Shown: piece after piece, positions 47,433 to 59,792 of the stretch
How the letters are laid out: the number at the start of each line of letters is the position of its first letter
Position numbering within the stretch: position 1 is the stretch's first letter
Origin: a virus
Strand: one strand, 5' to 3'
IMG/VR virus record: IMGVR_UViG_3300037258_000301
Coordinates: 87,625-151,624 of that record
DNA: 64,000 bases
The notes under the pieces: generated by a model
Database searches by the model: none
Seen by the model: the letters and a program-made list of their open reading frames with translations, nothing else
What the model was told of the DNA's origin: nothing
Program-made: the position numbers and the translations under genes

Positions 47433-47666
47433 ATGGCCACGATTGTTTCCGTCCCCCGCAGCTCCACCTTGACGGTCGACGACGAATGTCCACATGGCAT
47501 GTCCGATCCCAGCTGGTGCCACCAGTGTCGGAATGCTCGCTCTGGTGGTGTACGAGTCCAAGTGCAGACCGATGGGGGCCGTTGCTGGAATTGCGGTGGC
47601 TACCTCCACAAAGGTGACATCATCACCCATGTGGAAGGCCATATCGAATGCAGTGACTGCCGTTAG
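47433..47666 (+). CDS. Small Zn-finger protein
   Basis: CPH, CHQC, CWNC, CSDC; AAGGA RBS. Confidence 0.6.
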   Translation: MATIVSVPRSSTLTVDDECPHGMSDPSWCHQCRNARSGGVRVQVQTDGGRCWNCGGYLHKGDIITHVEGHIECSDCR

Positions 47667-47736
47667 GAAGATCAACTCATACTTGCACCGGGGCAATTCC
47701 TACGGAATACCCCACTGGCAATTGGAGGGCGAACCC

Positions 47737-48072
47737 ATGCGACGTTGCTCTGTGTGTGGCGGTCTTCACGCGCGAGGGCTCAAGCAGCCTTACTGCATGA
47801 AGTGTCACGCCGCTTACATGCGCGAATGGCGCAAGACCCACCCTCCGTCAGCGGCTGAGCGATTCAGGTCGAATTGTCGGAGCTACACCCGGGTACTGAT
47901 CAAGCGGGGGCACCTCAAGGTCGAGCCATGTGAGGAGTGTGGTGGGCCCTTGGTTCAGGCGCATCATTCGGATTACACCAACCCGAGGCTCGTTACCTGG
48001 CTGTGCACGAGACACCACATCGCTCTTCACCAGCGCCTACGCGCTCAACAACAGCTCATCGAGGAGATGTAG
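47737..48072 (+). CDS. HNH-type endonuclease-like protein
   Basis: 'PCEECG...QAHHSDYTNPRLVTWLCTRHH..LH'. Confidence 0.7.
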   Translation: MRRCSVCGGLHARGLKQPYCMKCHAAYMREWRKTHPPSAAERFRSNCRSYTRVLIKRGHLKVEPCEECGGPLVQAHHSDYTNPRLVTWLCTRHHIALHQRLRAQQQLIEEM

Positions 48073-48299
48073 TGGATCCAAATTCGATCAATGCCTATCC
48101 TGGGACGTCAGGGCAGATCGACACCAATGCCCTGGACACGCCTGAGGTGCCGCTGCCAGTGCTGCCCTGCGCCCGTACCGGCTGTACGGAGGACGGCACA
48201 CTCATGGCCAAGGTCTCCGGTGCCCCGGAGTACACCTTCTGGTGTGTCGCTCACGTGCCGGCACCGCCTATCCTCACCCCTCCGGCCAGCCAGTCATGA
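48072..48299 (+). CDS. Hypothetical protein
   Basis: GAGGAG RBS; TAGTG overlap. Confidence 0.5.
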   Translation: MDPNSINAYPGTSGQIDTNALDTPEVPLPVLPCARTGCTEDGTLMAKVSGAPEYTFWCVAHVPAPPILTPPASQS

Positions 48300-48526
48300 G
48301 CGGCAACGTCTATGTCTGCCTCGGCCACAGCGACTTCGTCCTGAGCGCCCGGCAGCGCACCATCGAGGCCCTCAACGCGACCGTGGTGCTCGACTTCGGC
48401 CCGGATGACGAGCTGATCGGCGTTGAGGTGCTCGACGCGGTACGGGTCGCCTGGAACGGCAAGACGATGCCACTGCCGGGAGGTGAGGAATGCTCGACGA
48501 CCGAGACCGACTCATCGCCATCCTGA
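48296..48526 (+). CDS. DUF2283-like protein
   Basis: 'VYVCL...VVLDFGPDDELIGVEVLDA'. Confidence 0.6.
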   Translation: MSGNVYVCLGHSDFVLSARQRTIEALNATVVLDFGPDDELIGVEVLDAVRVAWNGKTMPLPGGEECSTTETDSSPS

Positions 48527-50989
48527 TCCGCAAGCTCGGTGGCCGGGTCGAAGTCGGCGACAAAGAGCTGCTCGACGTTGACCACTACACCATGGTTACC
48601 CGGGAAGATATCTTCACCAACGTCACCGTCTACACCGTCCAGTACCCCGACGACGACCAGCAGCCGACCTCGCCCGTGCATGTCGAGCCTAAGCAGCTGA
48701 TCGCCGCACTCATGGACTATGCCCGCGAGGTCGACCTCACCTTCTCGCGCGACTATCTCGAAACGCAGATGGAGCGCTATGCGGTCGAGGTCACCGATAA
48801 CCATGTTGCCACTGGTATCCCACATCGCCCTGGGCGGATGGCCCCGGCCGTCCGGATCCGCATGTGGGAAAAGCGTGGCAAACAGCCACCCAGCAAGTTC
48901 AACACTCCGCCACCACCTATCTCCCCTGTCCAGGCCCAGGCCACCCGTCTGTCCCCTCTTGAACTCGAAGGATCGACCGATGACTGAGCGCCGCGCCTTC
49001 CGTGAGAAGTACCAAAACCAGGTCGCTGAGCTGGGAGAAGGTGAAGATCCCCCCGCTGACGAAGGGGAGATCGAGCAGGCCCGGCGCCTGATCCAGGACG
49101 ATGCCCAAGGCTTCACCGTCAACGAGCACGACCTCATGAAGGCTCGGGTCCTCGTGGAGCGTTACGAGACCCAACTTGCTCTCATTCGCCGGGTGCAGTT
49201 GCGGGTCTGTGAGTACTCCACCTCAGTGGTCGACGCGGTGGAGGTGATGGAATGCCTCGGCATCGCCCCGAAGCAGGCAGTACTGCCCACCAAGGTCTTC
49301 TTCTCGCCGGCCACGATGCTCGACTCGTCCGTGGCGAAGCATCATGTCTGAACGAAGAACCGTGGTCCTCACCGGAGGACCCATCCTCGTCTTGGTGCCG
49401 CACCTCGTGCTGGCCGAGCAGATCGCCCGCCATGACGAACTCGGCGACTGCTCGATCTGTCGGGGCACCGGCACCGTCGTGATCCTCATGTGCCTCGCCG
49501 GAGAGCCCCACACTCCGGTCAAGGCATGCCCGCCCTGCGCCGGCACCGGCTGGCTCGATCAGGTCGAACGCACACCCCACGTCCCACCCGTTCAGCATCA
49601 CCTCCCCACCCTGATAGAAGGTGCATCCCCATGCTTCTCTCGCTCGCCCTGACCCTGACCATCCTGGCTCTCGTCGTGCTGCTCCTCGGTAGCTGCGGGT
49701 ATTGGACCCCCGATACCCTGCGTCACATGAAGATCTCCCTTGCCCACCTGGGCACCCGCGTCACCGCCCTGTTTCGGCGTCTCTCGGCGACCACTGACGA
49801 AGCCCCCTGTGCCTGCCTGGCCTGCCACCACTTCGTAGGTGTCGACCTGTCAGTGCGCTCCAAGCACAAACTGCTCCCGCGCCTGGCTGGTGAGGCCGCT
49901 GAAGGGCTGGCCGCTGAGATCGAAGAGTTCCTGGGGGCTGCCACGTGAGCAAGCGCAAAAACAACGAGATCATGAAGTTGTATGGAGTCGACATTCCGGC
50001 GTGGAGAGATCCCGTGGATGAAGAAGAGCACCCGCTGCCTGACGTGCTCACCACGCTCCTGCGCCTGCATGCTGCCCTGACCAATCAGGTGTGCGCCCTG
50101 CCGGCGCTCAACCGGGCTGTGGAGGCCGTCAGTGACTAACGAGCCGCCTGCACTTCGTCCCATCGATTCCGCTGACCTCGTTGACCTCATTGACGTCCTT
50201 GCCGCCATGAAGGTGGACATGGACCAAGCAGAGCACGAGGCGCAACGCAGCTTCCTGCTCGATGTGCTCGCCGCTGACCCTGACTGTCCGGTCTGCGGGC
50301 GTAAGGGCATCCCTGTCGCCGATGACCGAGGTATCTCCTACCACCACGACGGACGCGCCTTCCACTGTCGTGTCACCCCGAAGCTTCTGGAGCGCCCATG
50401 AGTATTTTGTACCGCCCCTACACGATCACCATGCATCTTTCAGGGATGGATAGCGTCACCACCCAGACCGCCGACGACAGCGCTCAGGCCGCCAAGGCCG
50501 TTGCCCTGATCCAGCAGGCCATGTCTCGGTCAGGCAATGCGATGTTGGCGAACTACATGAAGAACATGAACGTCATCATCCGAGCCGAGAACATCATCAT
50601 GGTGATATGCGAGCCCGCGCTCACCCTCGCCGATGTCGAGGCCGCTGAGAGGGAGTTGGCGCATGAGCTACGTGACTGATCTGACCATGATCTTCCCGAA
50701 CAGGGAGGACGCCAAGCGGTTTGAAGCCCTCTACCGCGACGAGACCAGTTATGGTCTCGTACCGTTGGCGTCTGAAGGCAGCAACACGCCCGGCAATTAC
50801 GTCTATACCTTCGGATTGAACTACATCACTCGTTTCCCGGAGCTGATGGAAGCCCTGGAGCGTGGGCCCTGGGCACGCGGCACCGTCCTTTACATCTGTC
50901 ACGCGGGAAGCGATCCGGAGATCACCGTCTTCGGCCCGGTCGTCGGTATGCCTGAACCGAACGGCGGTGAGAATGACCTATCCGTCTGA
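48490..50989 (+). other. Run of small coupled hypothetical ORFs (48490-48987, 48980-49351, 49344-49652 with CxxCxGxG x2, 49631-49948, 49945-50139, 50132-50401, 50398-50679, 50663-50989)
   Basis: Contiguous + strand ORFs with start/stop overlaps. Confidence 0.6.
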
Positions 50990-51003
50990 GTAAGCTGACA
51001 TGC

Positions 51004-51237
51004 GTGTCCCCCCTCCCCGACGTGTCAGCCGCGCACTGCCTTGACGAGGTCGAAGCTAGCCACGACGAGCTGCTGCTGGCCCGCAGGAGCGTCGAGAGCG
51101 CCGAGTATGCCCTTGTCAAGGCAATCACCCTTGCGGTCAACCATCACTCCTCCTGGGCAGCGATAGCGACCGCCATGGGCATCCGCCGGCAGACCGCCTG
51201 GGATTGGTATCAGCGTCACCACAACCCCACATCTTGA
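51004..51237 (+). CDS. Small HTH DNA-binding protein
   Basis: 'SWAAIATAMGIRRQTAWDWY' actinobacterial HTH pattern. Confidence 0.6.
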   Translation: MSPLPDVSAAHCLDEVEASHDELLLARRSVESAEYALVKAITLAVNHHSSWAAIATAMGIRRQTAWDWYQRHHNPTS

Positions 51238-51251
51238 GGAGCGTCACCACC

Positions 51252-51709
51252 ATGAAGATCTTCGACGAGGACGACTTCGTCCAGCAGATCAGCAATGCCG
51301 GCGAAGCGTTCGCCAACGACCTCAACGACGAGATAGAGGGCAAGTTCGGCTTCTCCGTCGGCGACTACGACGAGGACGTGGACGCCTACTCGGTCACCGC
51401 GTCCTGGGAGCCGTGTCTGGACGAGGACGAAGAGGTCGAAGGTCGGGATGGCGACTACGGGCCTGTGCAGAAGCAGCGCTTCTGGCTGGTACCGATGTCC
51501 CCCGACCAGGTCAACAAGCCGTCGGTCGACGTCTCTGAGGGTGCTCAGGTATGAAGATCACCCTGACCATCCAGGACGACGTGGACAACAAGAACCGGGC
51601 CGCCTGGTTTGTCGAAGAGACGCGCGCGAGTGCCACGTTCTCGTTCATGTCCGAGGACGGCGACGATGTCGAGGTACAGATCGACGACGTGAGCATCCAG
51701 TGGTGGTAG
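51252..51709 (+). other. Two acidic hypothetical ORFs (51252-51554; 51551-51709)
   Basis: GAGGAG RBS and ATGA overlap; the second ORF (52 aa) is not in the ORF track. Confidence 0.55.
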
Positions 51710-51716
51710 GAGATGC

Positions 51717-51762
51717 CTTGGTCGGCTCGGGGTTCACCGGTAGTCTCCGGGGTGTCACCAAC
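51717..51762 (+). promoter_or_regulatory. Phage promoter element copy (TTGGTC-17-TAGTCT, +1 GTCACCA)
   Basis: -35 at 51718, -10 at 51741, GTCACCA at 51754. Confidence 0.8.
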
Positions 51763-51785
51763 CACCGCACACCCCGGAGGCCACC

Positions 51786-52839
51786 GTGCCGATGCTCACC
51801 CTCTCGCGCTATGCCCACCACGACGACGACGAGCATGATGCTCGCCTGAACGGCTTCGAGGCTGGCTGGTCTCACGCCAACTACGTCGAGGCGTATGGCT
51901 GGAGTGCGGACTCCCAGATGCCTGACCGCTACCGCAGGGTGTCCGGTGTGTGGCGCGACGCCTACCAGGAGGGCAAGGACGAGTTCGAGGCTCAGACCGA
52001 GAACGAGGAGATCTACGGGCACGACTGGCGTGGCTGAGTGTGTCCCCTCGCAAGAAGCTCGCCGGCCGCCCACGGTGCACTCCGTGTGGCGGCCTTGCGA
52101 TATTCCCTGACCGGATCGCCGCCGAGTTCCAGGGTGTCTTCTGGGGCCTCCGGGCCTACCCGTGCCCGCACCGTCGCAATCGCTGGCACCTGACCAGCGT
52201 CCCCGAGGAGGACCAGCAGTGACGATCCGACAGAGCCTTCAGAACAGCCCGATGCGAGCGAGTCTGCGTGAGCGAGACGCCATCCTGCGCATGATCGTGG
52301 GCGCGATCGAACCCATCACCGATCGACGAGTGTTCGACCCGATCATCGACCTGATCCAGAACCACCCTGGCCACCCGTTCCTCGAAGACGACGGGGTGGC
52401 GCTCATCCTGCGCTGCCAGAACCCCGACTGCTACCCCACCACGTGGCCCTGTCGTCCCCTGCGGGACTTGGCCGGCCGTTTGCGCGTGAGGTTGCCGTGA
52501 CAAGCAGTGACACCCTCGAACGAAAGGGTTGATCCCGTGACCGCAGCGCTGACCCATTCACCGTTCTGGCGTCGTCCCGAGCGCGATGCACACCGCGAAG
52601 CACATCCACGCACCCTCATGCCGCGCGAGGAGGCCCTGGAGCGACTGGAGGGCCTCCGGCAGGCCGTCCGGTTCTTCGTACCCTGCCAGTACCGGGCCGG
52701 GTATACAGACGTGATCGGCGCTCCCTGTTCGCACTGCGGTCACACCGACTTTGCGCATGGAGGAGTTCACCAGCCCGACGTGCCGGCCTTCTGCATGGCC
52801 TGCGCCCTGCTGATCACCTGGCTGGAGATGAACTCATGA
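51786..52839 (+). other. Small hypothetical ORFs (51786-52037, ~52030-52222, ~52219-52500, 52507-52839)
   Basis: Coupled ORFs downstream of a promoter copy; several Cys/His clusters. Confidence 0.55.
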
Positions 52840-52930
52840 TCAGTACTGATAAGCAGGACGCACAGTACGCTCGGGGCTCTGACCAGCGTCAGGCCACCGA
52901 GACGGGTCTGACCTCACCCGAGGAGCGACC

Positions 52931-53722
52931 ATGACGGATGTCGAGGGCCGGACTCTGACCTTGCATCTTCCCACCGGCCCCACGCTGGTGTTCGACACCG
53001 ACGAGCGCACGCTGACCGTGACCTCCCGCACCCCCGTTTCCTCGCAGGAGATCCGCGTCAACCTCACCGACAGCGCGCTGCGGTCGCTGACCAGTGCACT
53101 GACCGAGGGTGTGCGTTTGGCGGATGAGCATCGTGACCAGCTGCGGTGGGCCATGCAGGAGAAGCGAGCCGATGAGCACGCAACCAGGTACGAGAGGGAG
53201 GCCTTCATGGTCTTCACCCACGCTCGGCCGCTCGGCGACGACATCCCCCAGCGGATGGAGACGATCATTCACCGGCGCACCTGTCTGGCCGCTCCTGCCA
53301 TCTCTGAAGCCGTCACCGCGCAGGACGTGAGTGACTTGGTCCGTCGGCATGCTGGCACGGTCACGCATCTGGTCGAGTTCCATATCGGCTGCTTCATGAA
53401 CCCTGATGAAGGCACCACCGTCACCGTGTTCGACGCCGGTATGACGTCGTCGGCCCTGCTCCATGAACACCTGGCGCGCATAGAGCAAGAGCACATTGCC
53501 CAAGTACGTGCCGCCAGGGGACGCAAGATCACCAGCGTGCCCAACGTCAACGGCCTGGATGACTCTCTCGACGAGACCGTGGTCGGGCACGACGGTAAGT
53601 ACCTGCCCACTACCCCCGACGGCAAGAGGTCGAAGGTGCAAGCCTCGGCGTTCGACACTCTCGGCGACGATGTGCCTGAAGCGATGGACGCCCGGCTCGA
53701 CGACTCCGTCACGCTGTCGTAA
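52931..53722 (+). CDS. Hypothetical protein
   Basis: GAGGAG RBS; 263 aa. Confidence 0.65.
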   Translation: MTDVEGRTLTLHLPTGPTLVFDTDERTLTVTSRTPVSSQEIRVNLTDSALRSLTSALTEGVRLADEHRDQLRWAMQEKRADEHATRYEREAFMVFTHARPLGDDIPQRMETIIHRRTCLAAPAISEAVTAQDVSDLVRRHAGTVTHLVEFHIGCFMNPDEGTTVTVFDAGMTSSALLHEHLARIEQEHIAQVRAARGRKITSVPNVNGLDDSLDETVVGHDGKYLPTTPDGKRSKVQASAFDTLGDDVPEAMDARLDDSVTLS

Positions 53723-53739
53723 CCCCCGCCTTCCTACCC

Positions 53740-53785
53740 CTTGGTGGTGTCAGGGCTTCGCGATAGTCTCTGAGGTGTCACCAGC
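53740..53785 (+). promoter_or_regulatory. Phage promoter element copy (TTGGTG-17-TAGTCT, +1 GTCACCA)
   Basis: -35 at 53741, -10 at 53764, GTCACCA at 53777. Confidence 0.85.
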
Positions 53786-53806
53786 TCTACTTCCTCGGGA
53801 GTCATC

Positions 53807-56800
53807 ATGACCATTGCTCAACGTCGCGGCATCGCCCACTACGCCGGCAGGGACATCCCCGCTCCCCGCGCGAACACCGTGGCCTTCCTCGCCCGGCTCG
53901 ATTACATCCGCAAGAACCGCACCACCGGCGCATACGCACTGACGACCCTGGGCCGTGAGCTGTCCCTGCTCGCCGGCTTCTTCGAGGAAATCTGATCATG
54001 GCGACCATTCCTCGTGCTCGGCTGGTGCAGATCACTACCGCTGAACTGATCGAACAGTACAACTTCGCGATCAGTAGCCATGCGGGTCGGAACACCAATT
54101 TTTCTCCTCGACAGCAGCGGATCAACTACATCGTTGACTTGCTCTCGGCTCGTGCCGACAACGATGACGCAGCGGCCGTCCAGTGGTTTGAGGAGACGTG
54201 ATCATGAAAGACAATGAGTCCGTGCGTGGAGGAGACCGGTTTCACTCTTGGATTCGTACCGAAAGAACTGTTCTATTCCGCCAGCAATGCGATGAAGGAC
54301 TGATCATGAATTTCTTCGAGCACCGGTATGTCAACATCGACGTAGCGGCCAACCAGATCACCCTCGCCCCGAAGCCGGGCACGATCCGCAAGCGTGTGCT
54401 GCCGCTGGTGGTGGCCGATCCTCTCCAGTACGCCACCGCCACCCTGGACGACCCAGGCGCCGTCAAGCGCGGTTTCACCCTCACCACGGGCATGATCGGT
54501 CGCAACAAGGACAAGGGCAGCGTGTTCCTCACCGTCATGATCGGGCAACGCGCCGAGGTGGTGGAGATCCCCCGCAAGTACGGTGCGCAAGCCCGCGAGG
54601 CCGTGGCCACCATCAACGCAGTGGGAAGGTAGATCATGAGCAACGAGCCGCATCTGTACGTCTCGCCTGAGGTGCGCACAAGTCAGCGTGTCTGTGCTGA
54701 GTGCGGGCTTCCTGAGGACACTCCCCTCCATCACGTCGTGTCTGCGGGTTGGTGCCAGTGGGACGACGAGGATCACGACTGGACCCCGGGCGATATGGAG
54801 TGCCGGCGCTGCGGTGCTGACCTGTCCGAGTGGAACGAGGAGTCCTGATGGGTGGTCGGATCGTTTATCACGCACCCCGGTGGATTCCTGCTGAGCTACG
54901 AGTGGATGCCGAGGGCAACACCAAGCCTGGCTTCATCTGCATGCATGAGTTGGAGAATGGCAGTGGTCCATGCGGTAGCAATGTTTTCGCCCCCGAAGAT
55001 GGGATTGACGATCATTCCTGCTTTTGTGAGACGTTCTGGCCGTATCTCGCCGAGGACCACCGATACCTTCCCCACGATGATCTGCTGAGGTTCAACAGTC
55101 TTCGGGGGCATCTGACCATCCCCTATGCCGAGCTGCTCGCCGTCCTCGGCCAACCTCACCACGTTCTGGAGGGCGACAAGGTTCGGGTCAGGTGGGCGTT
55201 CGACACTCCGTTCGGGCCCGTCACGATCTACGACTGGAAGAGCAACCTGCCCGTCGAGAGGGTTGTTGACTGGAGCTTCGGTGGCCGTGACTACGACGCG
55301 GTTCAGACGTTTGGTGCGTACTACGGCTGGAAAGTGTATGACTCTGACTCTTCTCTCAGCTGGTGAAAGGTATTTCGATGAGCAAGCCAAGCAAGCCACG
55401 CAAGCTGTGGGCAACCAAGTACGTCATCCCGGGCGCCCCCTATCTCCGACACCCTTCCGAGGCGGCCGTGTGGCGCTCCGTGAATGACGAGCGCGCCCGC
55501 TGGAAGAGCGGCATCCTGCGCACTCGGCACCTGACCGTGTACGTGGACGAGCGGGACGGCCAAGGCTGGCAGATCTACGCCATGGTCGACCTGAATGAGG
55601 AGATCGGATGAGCGACGTGGCAGATGACAAGGAGTTCCAACAGCGGGTAGTGCGCTACCTGCTGCCAGGTGACGTGCAGGCCCTCCTGCGCTTCGCCGAG
55701 TTGATGGAATCGATCAATGGCGCGGCAACCCGTTCCAAGGAGGGCCGCTTCCTCTCTCGGTTGGTCGCCGGCACCGGTACGGGGATAGCTGGACGGCTCG
55801 CCACCGACGCGGCCAGGATCCTGAACAGCTCGGCGCAGCGGCCATGACCCCCGAAGATCGCGCACGAGCAGACATCGTCGACTACTGCTTGACCAAACGT
55901 GACCGCTGGCACGGGTATGACGCGATACCCGGACAGATCGATCACGATCTCGCGAACGCGTACGCATCTGTCGCGGAGGCCCTGACCGAGCAGCAGCCCG
56001 AACCGGTGAGCGAAGACCACGTGCGCATGTTCATTCAGGACTGCGCAGAGGACGCAGACCTCAACACGGATGGCGACGACGCGGAAGCGCTCGCGGTCGC
56101 TTTCACGAACCGCTACATCATCACCCGCAAGCCGCAGGGAGACGCCTGATGTCTGAACCGACCGACGACTGGGACACCCCCGAATGCGGTGGTGAACCCG
56201 TCGAGCAGCAGCTCGAATCGGTGAGCGAAGACGATCTCACTGCCCAGATCACTTACGAGATTGCCGGATGGATCGACATCGACACGGCGCAGCGGCTCGC
56301 GCGTGGGCTTCAGCGGTGCTTCCACATCACTGCTCGCCCTGTGGCTTCCCCGACCGAGGAGACGAAGTGAAGGAGCACCGGTCAATGGGCGCAGCAGTCG
56401 GTTCCGCAATGGAGGCCAACGCGCGACGCGCCGCCGAAGTTCCCGTCCCGTCTGTCCCTGTGGAGTCCGGAGACACCACCAGCTACCGGGCGCGGCTCAC
56501 GTCGAAGCTGTCCGTCGAGTTCTTGCTGCGGCACATCGATGATGTCACCCAGCTCGTAGACGCCGTGCTCGCTGTCCGAGACACCGAGCTGGAATACCAC
56601 CTGAGCGGTGAGTTCGATGAGTGATTACCGGGAGCAGGTCGCGCGAGCGCTGGCCGAGAAGTTCACCCCCGACTACCAGAGCAACCCGAAGTTCGACCGC
56701 AAGCGAGAGCGCGCGTGGTTCGACGCAGGCAATGCAGACGAGGAGCCCGCGAACTCCGAGTACATGCCGATGCCTATGTCCGAGCGGGTTCGGCTCGATC

Positions 56801-59144
56801 TGATGGTGACATTCACCGCCGCAGATGGTCACCTTTCCATCCGTCCGGCCAGGATTCGCGAAGCCGTTGAGGTGATCGCAGCCGTCCGGGACGCCGAGCT
56901 GGAACGGCTACGGGCGATCATGAGTCTGTCGTCGACCGACCAGCAGTACTACCCCGGAACACCGGCACACGCCGTAATGACTGAGCTGGAACAGCTACGG
57001 GCCGAGTACGCCGTGGCACATGAGGCAGTTTGCACTATCCCCGGCTATCAGCGGGACATTGAGCGGTTGCGTGCTGAGCTGACCGGCCTGCGGGCTGAGC
57101 ATGCGCAGATGCTTGCCGACGCCCAGGGCAACGACGAGGCCCACCTCGCCGACGCGACGGCTGTGGCCGAGGAGAACGGGCGCCTGCGTGCCGAGTTGGC
57201 CACGATCGATCGAGGCAAGGTGGATGCGATCACTGATGCCGTAGCCAGCTGGCAGCAGCGTGTGGTGTCACTGAAGGCCGAGTTGGCTGGGCTGCGGGAG
57301 CGAGCCGTGTTGCTGCCCGAGGACTGGTCCGGCTGTATCCGGGACTGCGTGAACCAGCCGACCGCGAACCGGTTGGTGGCGCTGATCGAGTCGTGGCGTC
57401 CTTCCGAGTCTGCACCCTCCGGCTGGCCGTGCAAGTGCGGCACCGACGAAGAGGGCCGGATCGTTGGCGGACGCAACGGCTACGACGAGCTGGCTGACCG
57501 TATCGAGCAGGGAGACGGCAAATGAGCGACACCGTGATGCTCCACTGGTCGGCCAACAGCATCAGTCAGGCCGACGAGGAAGAGGACTCCGGCATCCCGG
57601 TCGCCGAGTGGAAACAGATGACCGACGACGAGAAGGAAGCGGTCCTGATGGATTGGGTACACGAGCGCGTCAGCATGTGGACGGAACCGGAATGAGCGAC
57701 GAGGAGACGTCCCCCGCGACCTGGGAGGGCGGCCACGCTCTCGTCATCGAGTACGGCGACTGCGATTTTTTCGCCCGCTGCCAGTGCAACGTCGACTTCG
57801 GTTCGGCTCGACCAGACCAGGGCTGGGACGCGTTCGGTACGGCCTGGGAGAAGCACGTCATGACGGAGGTACAACCATGAGCGACCGAGACGAACTGGAC
57901 GAGTTGCGCGGCCTGCTCTGGATAGAGTTGCAGGATATCGCAGCCAAGCAGGAAGACATCCCTGACGACGTGTACTGGCTGAACCTCGCGGCCGCTGCTG
58001 CGAACGCGGTCCGCAAAGCTGGTTGGCGTCGGTCCGCCGTGACCCCAGAACAGCTACTAGCAGTGGTGCAGATCCTCGACGACGTGCCCGCCGTGCGCTT
58101 TCCTGAGACGTGGATGCGAAAGGCACGGGACATCGCTCGCGCGTTCAGGTTGGAGGTTCCCAGTGAGTGATCGAGACGACCTTGAGCGATCGCTATCACG
58201 CATGGTCAAGGCAGCCCGCGAGGAGGAGTGGACCGACAACCGCATCATGCTTGCCTCAGCGGCGTTCATGACGCGCGTCGACGTGTTGCGGCCCACCGTG
58301 ACCCCAGAACAGGTCGAGGCGGCAGCGCAGGCATTGGCCAATCTCGACGGCGACCACTTCGAAGACTGCGGCGACATGTGGCAGCAGGCATACCGACGGA
58401 ACGCCCGCGCCGTGTTCACTGCCGCTGGCCTGTCCGAGAACAAGAAGGAGAACTGATGGGTGTCATCCGTAAGACCGCATCCCTGTTCACCCTGGGCATC
58501 ATCCGGCCCTCCAGCAAGAAGCAGCGGGTGGCCAAGAAGACCCTCCAGGCGCAACGCCGCACGGCAAACGCCACGGAGCGTCTGGCCAGCCATTACGAGC
58601 ACGACTCGAATCTACGAGGCCGTCCCCATGAATGATCGAGCAGACCTGGAAAGGCTGATCTGGGAGGCGAGCAACCGCAATCCGTTCCCCGAGGCCGCAG
58701 ACATCGCCGAGGTGCTGTGGGAGGACGGCTGGCGTCGACGTGAGGAAGGGAGAAGCGATGTGTCGGAGATCGAACGCCTGAGGGGGCAAGAGGCGCCCAC
58801 TCAGCGGAAACCAACACCCTCTCAGGTGTGTTCATGTGGGGACTCACGTTGGGCGGCCATCGGTACCTGCCCACCTCGTGGCCATTCGGAGTACGCGCTG
58901 TGTCCTCAGCGGCGAACAATCGCAAGCTGATCAAGTCATGGGAGATGTCATGAACCACGTAGAGATCGAAACGCTCGTCGACGACCTGCGCGAAGCCAAT
59001 GGTCAGGAGGTCGTGCTTGACATCCAGATCGGCGAACTGACCTACGAGCTGGGCCGCATAGTCAGGGTGAACCCACCCGAGGTCGAGCTGGTCGAGCTGC
59101 TGCGCTACCTCGCCGACGGCATTGAGGAGGTCGGAGCGGGATGA
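53807..59144 (+). other. Long run of small ORFs (53807-53995, 53998-54201, 54306-54632, 54636-54848, 54848-55366, 55378-55611, 55608-55847, 55844-56149, 56149-56370, 56367-56624, 56617-57525 coiled coil, 57522-57695, 57692-57880, 57877-58170, 58163-58456, 58456-58635, 58628-58930, 58950-59144)
   Basis: Tightly packed + strand ORFs with RBSs and overlaps; no function assignable. Confidence 0.6.
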
Positions 59145-59145
59145 G

Positions 59146-59191
59146 CTTGGCGGTGTCAGGGCCTATCGCTACGATGGGTCCTGTCACCAGC
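59146..59191 (+). promoter_or_regulatory. Phage promoter element copy (TTGGCG-17-TACGAT, +1 GTCACCA)
   Basis: -35 at 59147, -10 at 59170, GTCACCA at 59183. Confidence 0.8.
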
Positions 59192-59215
59192 TCCTGCTTC
59201 TCCCGGAGGTTCCCC

Positions 59216-59779
59216 ATGTCGGACATCACCACTCGCCTCGTCCAGTCGGTCTATGACCACGCATTGGCCCACTACGAAGAGGGCTGGGACATGGTCGTGG
59301 AGACCATGGGCGAGGTGTGGATCGCCGAGATCGTCAAGGGGTGCCGCTCGGTCGACGGCGCGATCAAGCGCGTGTCGTATCACACCAACCTGTGGGTTGA
59401 GCGTCAGGCCAACGCCGGGGTTCCCGAGGCCATGCGCGAGCTGGAGCTGGGTCGCCAGGACATGCTGCGCGACCTGTCCGACGAGAGCGAATTCTCCCTG
59501 AACCTGCCGGCCGAGACTGATGACGGCGTCGTGTGTGGCGCTTGCACCTCGGACTCTCGTCGGTCCGGTAGCCGCTCCCAGGCCCGTCACGCCACTGTTG
59601 CGGCCGTTCGGCTCTGTGCCCAGCGCCGCGAAGAGTGTGCCGCCCAGGAGCAGGACGTCAACGCCGAGTACCAGATCGAGCTTGCCCACGAGCGTTACCT
59701 GGAGAACGGTGGCCGGCACGCCGAAGCCATCTCCGCCGACCTGGAGGACGAGCGTCGCCGCGAACAGGGCGCCTGGTAG
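59216..59779 (+). CDS. Hypothetical protein
   Basis: Start reassigned to ATG 59216 after GGAGG; 'HALAHYEEGWDMVVE' domain plus C..C..H..C motif. Confidence 0.65.
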   Translation: MSDITTRLVQSVYDHALAHYEEGWDMVVETMGEVWIAEIVKGCRSVDGAIKRVSYHTNLWVERQANAGVPEAMRELELGRQDMLRDLSDESEFSLNLPAETDDGVVCGACTSDSRRSGSRSQARHATVAAVRLCAQRREECAAQEQDVNAEYQIELAHERYLENGGRHAEAISADLEDERRREQGAW

Positions 59780-59792
59780 TTCTCTCGTCAAC

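Noticed and set aside
51212-51250. agcgtcaccac direct repeat resembling the +1 motif
   Set aside because: No -35/-10 at the right spacing, so not counted as a promoter copy
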